Below, one piece after another: positions 8,451 to 18,650 of a stretch of 33,149 bases of DNA (positions are counted from its first letter, which is position 1; the number at the start of each line of letters is the position of its first letter). Source of the DNA: Trueperaceae bacterium (GTDB taxonomy: Bacteria > Deinococcota > Deinococci > Deinococcales > Trueperaceae). The notes under the pieces are model-generated. The model was not told the origin of the DNA, ran no database searches, and saw only the letters and a list, made by a program, of their open reading frames with translations. Where the stretch lies: positions 36,767-69,915 of the forward strand of contig JBBDRK010000080.1 in NCBI GenBank assembly GCA_040905465.1. Direction: 5' to 3'. The position numbers and the translations under genes are program-made.

Positions 8451-9986
8451 TTAGAAGTAGTCGTTGAGCGCCTGAGCGGCGGCGTCATAGCCCAACTCTC
8501 CGGCACGTTGCCACGCCTCACGAGCGGCCGCGCGGCGGTTCTGCGACATGAGCGCCCAGCCCAGGTTGAAGTGGCTCTCTGCGTCCTGCGGGTTCTGCTG
8601 CACGAGCAACTCGTATACCGCCTCCGCGTCGCGGAAGCGCTCGTTCGCCAGGTAAGCCGCGCCCAGGTTCGCCCTTGCCTCGGCGCTGTTCGGCGCCAGC
8701 TGCACGGCTCGCTCGTAGTATTGAGCCGCAGTCCGGTAGTTCCCTTGCCGGTACTCGGCCAGGCCGGCCCACAACTGCGCCTGCGGGTCTCCCGGACGCT
8801 CCTGCACCACCAGGGCGAACAGGATGGCCGCCTCGGTAAATTGTCCCTCACGGTAGAGCGCTCTGCCCAGGATCAAGCGCGCCTGGGCCTGGAGCTCCGG
8901 GGCGTCGAGCGAGGCTATCGCCCCGCGAGCGCTGTTGGCAGCCTCGGCTACCCGGCCCGTGCGGTCGTAAGCCGAAGCCAGTGCCAGTTCGACCTCGCCC
9001 CCCGCTCCGGGAACGTCGAGCGCCTCCTCCAGCACCTGCACTGCGCTGGCCGCCTGGTCGCTCTCGAGATATGAAACGCCCAAGTTGTATAGCGCCTCCC
9101 AGGAGGAGGCGTCTACCTCGGCCGCCTGCTGGAACGACGCCGCAGCCTCGGCGTCACGGCCGATCTGACGTTGCAGCAGGCCCAGCTTCACCAGCACATT
9201 GGCCTGAACGGAGGCGTTTTCGGCGGTCCGAGCCTTGCGCAGTGCGCGCTCGAGTGACCGCAGAGCGTAGTCGACCTGTCCCTGGTCCACGTAGATGTCG
9301 GCGATGAGCGAACTCACGCGGTAATCGCTCGAGATTCCTTCCAGGTCGGTGAGATCGGGAAGCGCCTCGAGGCCCCTGCCGGCCCGGTAGAGGGCGTCGG
9401 CTCGCAGGTACCGGAGCTCGTTGGGATCGGTTTCCGGCTCGTTGGCAAGCGCGTTCTCGTATGCCTCGGCGGCCTCCCCGAACCTGGCGGACCGGGTGAG
9501 CTGGCCGGCGAGCCCGATGTAGGCGTCGGCGATCTCCGGTGGGGCGGCCTCCGGCTGCGCCTGGTCCACCGCCTCACGGAATGCCGCGGCCGCGTCGTCG
9601 GGCCGCCGGAGCCGCGTCAGAGTTACCGCCCGGTTGTAGTGGCCGTCGAAACGGTCCGGATATAGCCTGGTTACTTCGTTGAATGCGAACAGTGCCGCCT
9701 GGTAGTCGCCACGCCCGAACTCGGCCAACCCGAGGCCGAAGTGAGCGTCGCCGCTACGGTATTCGAGGGCTATCGCCTCCAGGAATGAATCTTTGGCTGG
9801 TTCGAAGCGATCCTCGGCAAGATATGCGTTGCCGAGATTTATCCAGGCCTCGACGTTCTCGGGTTCCTGCTCTACCTGCGCCCGCAATTCGGCGAGCGAG
9901 GGCTGGGCCAGCGCGACAGTGAACAGCGCGACGATCATTGCGACCGGCAGGAGGTGCGCACGTCGCTCGAGTTTACCGATACCCAT
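8451..9986 (-). CDS. Exported tetratricopeptide-repeat protein
   Basis: Signal-like VAMIVALFTVALA-Q, many TPR units (AWINLGNAY, AHFGLGLAE, ALYNLGVSY, SHFNLGWAL). Start placed at ATG 9986 after GGGAG. Confidence 0.88.
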   Translation of the reverse strand: MGIGKLERRAHLLPVAMIVALFTVALAQPSLAELRAQVEQEPENVEAWINLGNAYLAEDRFEPAKDSFLEAIALEYRSGDAHFGLGLAEFGRGDYQAALFAFNEVTRLYPDRFDGHYNRAVTLTRLRRPDDAAAAFREAVDQAQPEAAPPEIADAYIGLAGQLTRSARFGEAAEAYENALANEPETDPNELRYLRADALYRAGRGLEALPDLTDLEGISSDYRVSSLIADIYVDQGQVDYALRSLERALRKARTAENASVQANVLVKLGLLQRQIGRDAEAAASFQQAAEVDASSWEALYNLGVSYLESDQAASAVQVLEEALDVPGAGGEVELALASAYDRTGRVAEAANSARGAIASLDAPELQAQARLILGRALYREGQFTEAAILFALVVQERPGDPQAQLWAGLAEYRQGNYRTAAQYYERAVQLAPNSAEARANLGAAYLANERFRDAEAVYELLVQQNPQDAESHFNLGWALMSQNRRAAAREAWQRAGELGYDAAAQALNDYF

Positions 9987-10047
9987 GAGTGTCTCCCGAC
10001 CTCGCCGACTCGTGTGGAACGAGCCGGTATTGCGATGCGGCCAGTCT

Positions 10048-10087
10048 AGTATGGAGGGGTTCGGCAGCCGTGTGAAATCCCCCACGA
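10048..10087 (-). promoter_or_regulatory. Sigma70-type promoter TTCACA-N17-CATACT for the TPR-SPOR-rex operon, overlapped by a degenerate Rex/CRP-like palindrome
   Basis: Minus strand -35 at 10076-10071, -10 at 10053-10048, 17-nt spacer; plus-strand gTGTGAAatcccCCACGA at 10070-10087. Confidence 0.5.
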
Positions 10088-10116
10088 GAAGCGCTGGGGA
10101 CGGCATTTCTCAAACT

Positions 10117-11196
10117 TCAGACGGGTGCTGTACCGGTCTCGTCGCGCCCCTTGTTGAGGGCCAGTTGGCCGCAGGCGCCGCCTGCATCGCGGCCCCTGCT
10201 GAAGCGCACCGAGACCGACAGGCCTGCCCTCTCGAGCACTTCCTGGAAGCGATTCACCGCCGCTCGCGAGGACGACTGGAAGCCCGATCCGGGCCACGGG
10301 TTGAACGGAATGAGGTTGACGTGGCAGCGCAGGTCGGAGAGCAGCCGCACCAGCTCACGCGCCTGCCAGGGATGATCGTTCACGCCGTCGAGCATGGTGT
10401 ACTCGATGGTTACGCGACGGCCCACCCGTTCCTGCCATGTTGCCAGAGAGCCGATGATCGAATCGATCGAGTGGGCGTGCGCGGTGGGGATTATCCTCTT
10501 CCGGGTTTCCTCGTCGGGCGCGTGCAGGCTCACCGCTAGCGTCAGCGGCATGCCCTCCTGGGAGAGCCGCACTATCTTCGAGGGCAACCCGACAGTCGAG
10601 AGGGTGATCCGGCGCGGCGACATGTCGAGCGCCACCGGATCGATCATTGTCCTGATCGCTGCAAGCGCCGAATCGTAGTTGAGCAACGCCTCGCCCATCC
10701 CCATCAATACGGCGTTGCGAATCTCTCGCGGGGGAAACCCCTCGAACCACGCAACCGCCAGCAGTTGGCCGACGATTTCGCCAGGGCGCAGGTTGCGGCC
10801 GAAGCCCATCGCTCCGGTCGCACAGAAGGCGCATCCTGCCGGGCACCCCACCATCGACGAGACGCACACCGTGCGCCGGTTGGCGTACGGCATGTAGACC
10901 GCCTCGGTTTGCCGGCCGTCGAAGAGCGTGAACAGGTAGCGGACCGAACCGTCGCGCGACGGGAAGCGCTCGGTGCCGGCGAAGGGGTCGACCCGCCAGG
11001 CGCCGGCGAGGCTTTCCCGCCAGGCGAGCGGAAGGTTGGTCATCTGCTCGAAGCTCGTTGCACCGAGCCGGTAGACCCAGTCGGCCAACTGGCGGCGACG
11101 GTACTCCTCCTGCTCCGACGGCACCGGCAGGCGCGCCGGCGGCAGGTCGAGCAGGTTGGGCACCTGAGTGTTCTGGTTGGAAGTCTGAGTAGCCAA
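10117..11196 (-). CDS. rlmN: 23S rRNA m2A2503 / tRNA m2A37 radical-SAM methyltransferase
   Basis: [15 protein letters not shown] (CxxxCxxC), [22 protein letters not shown]-terminal ACGQL. Confidence 0.95.
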   Translation of the reverse strand: MATQTSNQNTQVPNLLDLPPARLPVPSEQEEYRRRQLADWVYRLGATSFEQMTNLPLAWRESLAGAWRVDPFAGTERFPSRDGSVRYLFTLFDGRQTEAVYMPYANRRTVCVSSMVGCPAGCAFCATGAMGFGRNLRPGEIVGQLLAVAWFEGFPPREIRNAVLMGMGEALLNYDSALAAIRTMIDPVALDMSPRRITLSTVGLPSKIVRLSQEGMPLTLAVSLHAPDEETRKRIIPTAHAHSIDSIIGSLATWQERVGRRVTIEYTMLDGVNDHPWQARELVRLLSDLRCHVNLIPFNPWPGSGFQSSSRAAVNRFQEVLERAGLSVSVRFSRGRDAGGACGQLALNKGRDETGTAPV

Positions 11197-11430
11197 GTCG
11201 AGCCAAGGCTAGCACCCGCTCGCCTGCCGGCGGGAAGCGGCGGAAACAATCCGGTCACTCGATGGGACCAGATGGCGCATCCGCCCGCGGCGCGGGTGCC
11301 GCGGGTTCCGCCAGACTCTCGTCTCTGCCACGTTCGCGCCGGCACTGCTTCGGCTATAGTCGGGGCACGCACGATTGCGAGCCAGAGGCCACGTGGTCAC
11401 GCCGGGCCGATGCCGGCGGGAGGCGACAGG

Positions 11431-12687
11431 ATGAGGACGAGACGCGACGTCAAGGTTCTGGGGATGGTTCTCGCCGGCGGCAAGGGCACCCGCCTGAATC
11501 CTCTCACGCTCAAACGGACCAAACCGGCGGTGCCGTTCGGCAGCAAGTACCGAATCATCGACTTCGCCCTGAACAACATGATCAACTCCGGCATCTACGG
11601 GATGTACGTGCTGACCCAGTTCAAGGCGCAGAGCCTTACCGAGCACATCCAACGCAACTGGCGCTTCGGCTCGTTCCTGGCCGACTACTTCATCACCCTG
11701 GCGCCGGCCCAGATGTACCTGTATGAGGAGTTGGGCACCGAATGGTACCGCGGGACCGCCGACGCGATCTACCAGAACATTCACCTCATAGACAACGTCT
11801 CCCCCGATCTGGTGGCGATCTTCTCGGGGGATCACATCTACAAGATGGACATCTCCCACATGATCGACTATCACCTGGAGAAGGGGGCGAACGTCAGCGT
11901 CGCCGCCTACCCTACGCTCCTGGAGGAAGCAACTCGCTTCGGAGTCCTTCAGATCGACGAGAACTTCCGGATCACCGAGTTCCAGGAGAAGCCGGCGCAG
12001 CCGAATCCGATTCCGGGCCGCCCGTCACACGCGCTCGCGTCGATGGGCAACTACGTCTTCACCACCGACTGCCTGCTCGAGATGCTCCACAGCGATGCCG
12101 ATGACCGCGGGAGTGAACACGACTTCGGCAAGAATCTGCTCCCCAAGGCCCTGGGCGACGGATACAAGATCATGGCGTACGACTTCGCCCGCAATCCGAT
12201 ACCGGGTCAGCAGGAGCCGAACACCTATTGGCGCGACGTAGGCACGATCGACTCCTACCACGAAGCGAGCATGGATCTCGTGGCCGTGCGGCCCGAGTTC
12301 GATCTCTACAACGAGGCGTGGCCTCTTCGCACCTCTGCGGAGTTCTCTCCGCCGGCGAAGTTCGTCCACGAAAGCCCCGACCGCCGTGGCCAGGCCCTCA
12401 ACAGCCTGGTCGCCGGGGGCGTGATCATCTCGGGAGGAACCGTGCGTGAGTCGCTGCTCGCGCGCCGTGTCCGTATCAACTCCTATTCGTCGGTGGAAAG
12501 GTCGGTGATCTTCGACAACAGCACGATCGGCAGGCATTGCCAGATCCGCAACGCGATCATCGACAAAAACGTCGACGTTCCCGACGGCGTTCACATCGGA
12601 GTCGACCACCAGGAGGACCGGGCGCGCGGATTCGATGTCACCGAGAAAGGTGTCGTAACCGTGCCGAAGAGCTATGTCTTCGACTAG
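11431..12687 (+). CDS. glgC: Glucose-1-phosphate adenylyltransferase
   Basis: [63 protein letters not shown]; start ATG 11431 after GGAGG. Confidence 0.96.
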   Translation: MRTRRDVKVLGMVLAGGKGTRLNPLTLKRTKPAVPFGSKYRIIDFALNNMINSGIYGMYVLTQFKAQSLTEHIQRNWRFGSFLADYFITLAPAQMYLYEELGTEWYRGTADAIYQNIHLIDNVSPDLVAIFSGDHIYKMDISHMIDYHLEKGANVSVAAYPTLLEEATRFGVLQIDENFRITEFQEKPAQPNPIPGRPSHALASMGNYVFTTDCLLEMLHSDADDRGSEHDFGKNLLPKALGDGYKIMAYDFARNPIPGQQEPNTYWRDVGTIDSYHEASMDLVAVRPEFDLYNEAWPLRTSAEFSPPAKFVHESPDRRGQALNSLVAGGVIISGGTVRESLLARRVRINSYSSVERSVIFDNSTIGRHCQIRNAIIDKNVDVPDGVHIGVDHQEDRARGFDVTEKGVVTVPKSYVFD

Positions 12688-12805
12688 CCGAACACGTGTG
12701 CCCGGGGCCGGCGGAGGCGCGACGGCGCCGCCGGAATCGGCAGTTTCAAGCCGTCCGACAGCTTACAAGACCTGCTCATGCCCGAGTGATACCCTAAGGT
12801 CACCA

Positions 12806-12871
12806 GGAGTCGGACCTGTGCCCGGCGACAATCGTCGGCACAGGTCCGGTCGTCGGCCCAGGTCCGACTCC
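12806..12871 (+). repeat. Inverted repeat with an 18-bp tandem duplication of its 3' arm, in the ftsH leader
   Basis: ggagtcggacctgtgcc (12806-12822) pairs with ggcacaggtccg (12837-12848) or ggcccaggtccgactcc (12855-12871). Confidence 0.75.
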
Positions 12872-12885
12872 GCAGGGAGGCTCCG

Positions 12886-14877
12886 TTGAAACGATCGTTC
12901 AATCCCTGGCTGCTCGTGATGCTCATCATACTGGGCATTTTCGTGTTCAACCAGTTCAATGCTGGCGGTTCCAGCCGGGACATAAACTTCTCCACCTTCA
13001 CCCAACTGGTGGACGAAGGCAGGGTCGCATCGGTCGTAGTCGAGCGAAGCAACGGCGCAATCCAGGGCGAGTTGCGCAGCGAGACGCAGGTGACGATCGA
13101 CGGCGAACCGCAGACAATCAGGTCATTCACCACCACCGCCGTCATCACCGATTCGCTGCTGCAGAGGCTCGAGGATCAGGTAGCCGACGTAACGATCCGC
13201 AACCCGCCGCAGTGGATCGGTTTCGCCATCTCTATACTGCCGATCGTGATCCTCATCGGCTTCTTCTGGTTCATCTTCATGCGGGCCCAGGGCGGCCCGA
13301 ATCAGGTGATGCAGTTCGGCCAATCGAAAGCCAAGACGTACGGCCGCGAGAACAAGGTGAAGACGTCGTTCGAGGATGTCGCCGGACACCAGGAGGCGAA
13401 GCAGGAGCTCAAGGAGGTCGTCGACTTCCTGAAGAATCCGCAGAAGTACCTCCGAATCGGCGCCGAGATCCCCAGGGGCGTGCTCCTGGTTGGCCCGCCG
13501 GGCACCGGTAAGACTCTGCTCGCTCGCGCCGTCGCAGGCGAAGCAGGCGTCCCCTTCCTCACCGTTTCGGCTTCGGAGTTCATGGAGATGTTCGTGGGCG
13601 TCGGCGCGAGCCGCGTGCGCAACCTGTTCGAGGAGGCACGCAAGTCGAGCCCCGCCATTATCTTCATAGACGAGCTCGACTCCATCGGACGTCGCCGCGG
13701 CGCCGGAATCGGCGGCGGTCACGACGAGCGCGAGCAAACCCTGAATCAGATACTCTCCGAGATGGACGGCTTCGAGAAGGACACCTCGGTCATCGTTGTG
13801 GCGGCGACCAACCGGCCGGACGTCCTCGATTCGGCCCTGCTACGGCCCGGCCGCTTCGATCGTCAGGTGACGATCGGCCTGCCGACGCAGCGCGAGCGCG
13901 AAGAGATCCTGCGGGTTCACGTCCGCAACAAGCCGATCGCCGAGGACGTGGACCTGAAGCGGTTGTCCGGGGCAACGCCGATGTTCTCCGGCGCCGACCT
14001 GGAGAACCTTACCAACGAGGCCGCCCTGGTCGCGGCGCGGACGGGCAAGCAGATAATCGGTTGGAACGACTTCAACGAGGCGCTCGACCGGATCACGCTC
14101 GGGTTGCGCCGCGGGAGCCTGGTGCCCAGCGAGGAGGAACGGAAGATCCTCGCTTATCACGAGGCCGGCCACGCGGTCACCTACACGGCGCAACCGGACC
14201 TCGGTCACATCCGCAAAGTCACCATCATGCCGCGCGGCGGTGCCGGCGGCTTCATGGCCCCGCTCTCCAAGGAACACATGTTCTACAACGTCCGCCGCTT
14301 CCGGCAGCAGCTCATCGTTGCGTTTGCCGGGCGCGTGGCGGAGAAACGAGTTACCGGAACCATCTCCTCCGGTGCCTCGAACGACCTCAAGCAGGCGACC
14401 GACATGGCCAAGCAGATGGTGCTCGATCTCGGCATGGGCGGTGAGGAGTATGTCGCCTGGGGTTCCGACAGCGGACCGGTGTTCCTGGGCGGCGAGATAA
14501 GCCGTCGCAAGGACTTCAGCGAGGAGACCGCCCGGCTGCTCGAGCAGCAGGTCACGACGATCCTGAGCGACTCCTACGAGGAGTGCCAGCGCGTGGTGGA
14601 CGAAAACTGGACGACACTCGAGGCCGTGGCACAGGCGCTGCTTGTCCACGAGACGCTCGACGGTGCAATCGTGCATGAGGCGGTCGCCAAGGCCGCGCAG
14701 GGAATGAGCTCGGAGGAGATCAAGGAGTGGATCCTCGCCGAGTCGGCTGAACGTGAGCGCCTCGAGGCCGAGGCTTCCGAACGCGAGCAGGCGGCCGAGG
14801 AGCGCAAGCGTGCCGACCGGGAACGGCACGCTCCGCCGGTGGAGCGCCACCCGGCGCCCGAAGGCACGCGAGGCTGA
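12886..14877 (+). CDS. ftsH: ATP-dependent zinc metalloprotease FtsH
   Basis: Two TM helices, [52 protein letters not shown] start after GGGAGG. Confidence 0.97.
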   Translation: MKRSFNPWLLVMLIILGIFVFNQFNAGGSSRDINFSTFTQLVDEGRVASVVVERSNGAIQGELRSETQVTIDGEPQTIRSFTTTAVITDSLLQRLEDQVADVTIRNPPQWIGFAISILPIVILIGFFWFIFMRAQGGPNQVMQFGQSKAKTYGRENKVKTSFEDVAGHQEAKQELKEVVDFLKNPQKYLRIGAEIPRGVLLVGPPGTGKTLLARAVAGEAGVPFLTVSASEFMEMFVGVGASRVRNLFEEARKSSPAIIFIDELDSIGRRRGAGIGGGHDEREQTLNQILSEMDGFEKDTSVIVVAATNRPDVLDSALLRPGRFDRQVTIGLPTQREREEILRVHVRNKPIAEDVDLKRLSGATPMFSGADLENLTNEAALVAARTGKQIIGWNDFNEALDRITLGLRRGSLVPSEEERKILAYHEAGHAVTYTAQPDLGHIRKVTIMPRGGAGGFMAPLSKEHMFYNVRRFRQQLIVAFAGRVAEKRVTGTISSGASNDLKQATDMAKQMVLDLGMGGEEYVAWGSDSGPVFLGGEISRRKDFSEETARLLEQQVTTILSDSYEECQRVVDENWTTLEAVAQALLVHETLDGAIVHEAVAKAAQGMSSEEIKEWILAESAERERLEAEASEREQAAEERKRADRERHAPPVERHPAPEGTRG

Positions 14878-14974
14878 GCCGAGCCGTAAGGGAGCCGGGC
14901 GCGACCGCCAGGTCCGCGCCCGTTCCGTCTGATTAACCCGCCCCCGCGTTATCATTGGTCTGGCCAGGACTTCG

Positions 14975-16627
14975 ATGCCCCTTTTGGACGGAAAGTACGA
15001 AATCATCAGCGAACGTCTGCTCGGCTCCGAGCAGACGTTGTTCGAAGCGACGGCCCCCGATGGTGCCGCCGTTCGTATCGTGTGGTACGAAGTCACGCCG
15101 GAGCAGGAAGCACGTTTCGAGCACTACCGCCGTACGCTCAAACGACTCAAGCGCTCTGAACGGGCCGCCGTATACGACGTGGTCTCTCGTCCCGGCGCTC
15201 ACTACGTTGCTTGGCGGCCGCCGCTCGAAGCGCGGACTACTACACCCGACCGCGAGCTGGAGTCGATGCTGGTCGCGGCCGGCTTTCGGCCCGAGAACGC
15301 AGACATCAGGCGCGATCAGCGGCGTCCGATGGTCTACGGCCTGGCCTTCGATGGTTCCGCGCTGCCCGGAGCGCTGACGGCGACGAGCGGAAAACCTGTT
15401 CGTCCGGCTCCCGTGCGAACCCTGGAACCGCCGGCCTGGCTGGTGACGGTGCTGGTCACGGTCCTCCTGGCCGTCGCCTCGATCGTCATGCTGCGAGGCG
15501 GGATGGCCGTCCGCAGCAACGATCGGCTCGTGGTAGTACCGGCCCTGACTGGAAACGACATAAACGAGGCTGCCCGGCGGCTTCATGGCTTGGGGCTGGT
15601 CGTGGACGCAGTGCCCCTGGCCTCGGAACGCGCGGCCGGCACCGTGCTGAAAAGCGAGCCGGCGGCAGGAAGCCAGCTGCGTCCCGGCCGGCCGGTGCGG
15701 CTGTCCTACGCCCTGCCGCCCGGCAGGGTCACGCCCACTGAGGTACCTAGGGTAGTCGCCCGGAGGTACCCCGAGGAGGCGGAGCAGAGCCTCGCCGAGA
15801 CCGGCCTCGCCTTGGGCCAGGTCGCACGGATCCCCGCCGAGCAGGCGGAGGGCCTGGTGATATCGCAATCTCCGGCCGCCGGCACGGTGGTCGGAGAGAG
15901 AACCGAAATTGACCTGCTGGTAAGCGCCGGGCCGAGCGAGTTGATGACGTTCGTTCCCGACCTCACGGGCATGCCGCTGGAGGAAGCACGCTACCTCGCC
16001 CGCCTTGCCGGGCTGCGCCCGGAACGGATCATCGAGGACGCCGTGCCCGCGGGTCGGGGGACGGCCGGGACCGTCGTTGCCCAGTCACTGCGACCGAACC
16101 AGCCTATCGCCCGCGAAGACGCAGTACTCAGGCTGATCGTCGCCCGGGCCGACCGGGTCCTCGGCGCCGTCACCGCGGGACTTCCCTCGTTCGTGGGTCT
16201 CACTCCCGACGAGGCTCGCGAACTGGCGGGCGACCTCACGCTCGAGATCGAAGAGATCTCCGATCGAGCGCTGCCCGAGGGCGTGGTTGACCAGATTCCG
16301 TCGGCGGCCACCGCCGGCGCCGAGCAGGTGACTCTGGTCGTGAACGTGCATCCAGTCCCGGTGCCGCGGCCGGACGTCAGCGCCCGAGTGCGCGAGCCCG
16401 AACCCCGCGACCTGCAGTACCGTTGGTTTGTCGAACCGGGAATTCCCGAGCAGGTTGCGCGGATCTACGCGACCACGCTGGAAGGCGACAGGATCTTGCT
16501 GAGGGTCGTGAATGTACGTGGAGGAGACGTGGTGACCGGCACTTGGCGGACCAGATATCCCGGCCCGGTTCGATTCGGACTCACCCTCAACGATCAGCCT
16601 TACGGCGGGGAACAACTCGCTAATTGA
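14975..16627 (+). CDS. PASTA-repeat membrane protein with a degenerate Ser/Thr-kinase-like N-terminus
   Basis: One TM helix followed by about four PASTA repeats (VPALTG, VPRVVA, VPDLTGMPLEEA, LPSFVGLTPDEA); N-terminus LLDGKYEII...AVYDV...RPEN. Confidence 0.82.
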   Translation: MPLLDGKYEIISERLLGSEQTLFEATAPDGAAVRIVWYEVTPEQEARFEHYRRTLKRLKRSERAAVYDVVSRPGAHYVAWRPPLEARTTTPDRELESMLVAAGFRPENADIRRDQRRPMVYGLAFDGSALPGALTATSGKPVRPAPVRTLEPPAWLVTVLVTVLLAVASIVMLRGGMAVRSNDRLVVVPALTGNDINEAARRLHGLGLVVDAVPLASERAAGTVLKSEPAAGSQLRPGRPVRLSYALPPGRVTPTEVPRVVARRYPEEAEQSLAETGLALGQVARIPAEQAEGLVISQSPAAGTVVGERTEIDLLVSAGPSELMTFVPDLTGMPLEEARYLARLAGLRPERIIEDAVPAGRGTAGTVVAQSLRPNQPIAREDAVLRLIVARADRVLGAVTAGLPSFVGLTPDEARELAGDLTLEIEEISDRALPEGVVDQIPSAATAGAEQVTLVVNVHPVPVPRPDVSARVREPEPRDLQYRWFVEPGIPEQVARIYATTLEGDRILLRVVNVRGGDVVTGTWRTRYPGPVRFGLTLNDQPYGGEQLAN

Positions 16628-16883
16628 CGACGGCGGATCGCTCGTCCGGGTCGCTGCCCGGGCAGCAACGCCATGTCTCCGACGTTCGATCCGGCCCGAT
16701 CGCGGTCGGGCCGGTTGCCCGTGTCCTGAAAAGTTCCCTTCTCGCGACGCTGAGGTATAGTGTCGGCCGGTCATCGATGACCCGAGAGGCCGGCGCGCAG
16801 CGAGCCGGCCACCGATTTGGCCCTTAGCGTCGACTCCCGGCGCGGACGACGGTACGCCGCCCGCGCTTCCCGGAAGGAAATCC

Positions 16884-18650
16884 ATGGTGCGGCAGACGTT
16901 CAGCGACCTCTCCCACTACGTCATACGCTACCCGGGACGCTACCTGATAGGTCTCGTTACCCTGGTGGTTTCCGGTTACTTCGCCACCCTCGTCCCCGTC
17001 ATCCTCGGCAGCGCCGTAGACGCTTTCACCCGAGACGTGATGACCCTGCGCGGAAGCTGGGGCTACATCGCCGCCCTGCTGGCTGCCACGATGATCGCGG
17101 CCGGCGCCACGATCATCGTGCGGCGGACGATGCTCAACGCATCCTGGGAGATCCAGTTCGACATCAGGCGCGACCTGTTCGAGCATTTCACCCGGCTCGA
17201 TCCGGCCTTCTTCGATTCCAACCGGATCGGCGACCTCATGGCGAGGCTGACGGCCGACCTCAATGCGGTACGGATGTTCGTCGGCGTGGCGATCTTCCAG
17301 GGCGCAAATACCCTGTTCCTGCTCGGTTTCACCCTCTGGCGAATGTTCGGTCTGAGCGCTCAGCTCACCCTGTTCACGCTGCTGGTGGTGCCTGTGATCG
17401 TGGCCTCGTTCTTCCTGCTCCTGCGTTCGGTCCATCGCCGCTACGAACAGGTCCAGCAGCAGTTCTCGGACGTCTCCGCCATGGCACAGGAGAACTTCAA
17501 CGGGATCCGGGTGGTCAAGGGCTTCGGCATCGAGGATCGCGAGATCGCCAGCTTCCGCCGCCTCAACGACGACTTCATCCGCCGCAACCTGACCCTTACC
17601 AAGGTCGAAGGACCGATGTTCCCCCTTATGGAGCTGCTGTTCGGCGCCACGATCTCGTTGCTGCTGCTCATCGGCGGACGGGCGGTCCTGGGAGCGGGCG
17701 GTTCGATGTCGATCGGCGAGTTCTCCGCGTTCGTGTTCCTCTTCGAGGGAATCCAGTGGCCGCTCATCGCCCTGGGCTGGATCGCCAACATCGTGCAACG
17801 GGGCATTACCTCGTGGGGCCGGCTGGCGGTGCTGCTCAACAGTTCACCCCGGATCGCGGACGGTCCGCAAACCGACTACACGCTCCGGACCGTCCGGGGC
17901 CAGATCGAGTTCCGCGACGTGACCCTCCGCTTCGACGACACTACCGCCCTGGACCGGGTGTCCTTCAAGATCGACGCCGGCGAGTCGATCGGCATTACCG
18001 GGCGAACCGGCACCGGCAAGACCCTCATCGTCAACCTGATCGCCAGGACGATCGAACCCGACGAAGGGCAGATCCTGGTCGACGGAATCGACATTCGCCG
18101 GTTCCCGTTGGAGGTACTCCGCCGCCACATCGGACTGGTGCCCCAGGAACCCTTCCTGTTCTCGGACACCATCGCCGAGAACATCGCCTTCGGTATACCC
18201 GAAGACGACAGCCCGGAGCGAGCCCGGCGCATTCGCGAAGTGGCCGAACTGGCGCAGTTGGCCGAAGACGTCGAGGAGTTCCCGGAAGGCTTCGAGACGA
18301 GCCTGGGCGAGCGCGGCATAACTCTCTCCGGCGGTCAGCGCCAACGCACGGCCATCGCCCGCGCCATCATTCGCGATCCGGCGGTGCTCATCTTCGATGA
18401 TTCGCTCTCGGCGGTCGACACGCACACGGAGTCGGAGATCCTCAAGGGTCTGACCAAGGTGCAGCAAGGACGGACCAACCTGATCGTGGCGCACAGACTG
18501 AGCGCCTTCCAGAACTGCGACAAGATCTTCGTCCTGGCGGAAGGCCGCATCGCGGAGCAGGGCAGCCACCGAGAACTCGTGGAGCAGGACGGCTGGTATG
18601 CCGACATGCAGCGCCGGCAGCAGCTCGAAGCGGACCTGGAGGCAGCCTGA
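16884..18650 (+). CDS. Heterodimeric ABC exporter subunit 1 (TmrB-like, degenerate Walker B)
   Basis: TMD + NBD; GRTGTGKT, LSGGQRQR, LIFDDSLSAVD (Asp in place of the catalytic Glu), VAHR. Confidence 0.93.
   Translation: MVRQTFSDLSHYVIRYPGRYLIGLVTLVVSGYFATLVPVILGSAVDAFTRDVMTLRGSWGYIAALLAATMIAAGATIIVRRTMLNASWEIQFDIRRDLFEHFTRLDPAFFDSNRIGDLMARLTADLNAVRMFVGVAIFQGANTLFLLGFTLWRMFGLSAQLTLFTLLVVPVIVASFFLLLRSVHRRYEQVQQQFSDVSAMAQENFNGIRVVKGFGIEDREIASFRRLNDDFIRRNLTLTKVEGPMFPLMELLFGATISLLLLIGGRAVLGAGGSMSIGEFSAFVFLFEGIQWPLIALGWIANIVQRGITSWGRLAVLLNSSPRIADGPQTDYTLRTVRGQIEFRDVTLRFDDTTALDRVSFKIDAGESIGITGRTGTGKTLIVNLIARTIEPDEGQILVDGIDIRRFPLEVLRRHIGLVPQEPFLFSDTIAENIAFGIPEDDSPERARRIREVAELAQLAEDVEEFPEGFETSLGERGITLSGGQRQRTAIARAIIRDPAVLIFDDSLSAVDTHTESEILKGLTKVQQGRTNLIVAHRLSAFQNCDKIFVLAEGRIAEQGSHRELVEQDGWYADMQRRQQLEADLEAA

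Noticed and set aside
10117-11196. Cfr-type resistance methyltransferase or inactive RlmN (MGMGEAL instead of MGMGEPL)
   Set aside because: Chromosomal housekeeping context with no mobile element, and catalytic cysteines intact; treated as an RlmN variant, though a phylogeny is needed to fully exclude Cfr-like status.
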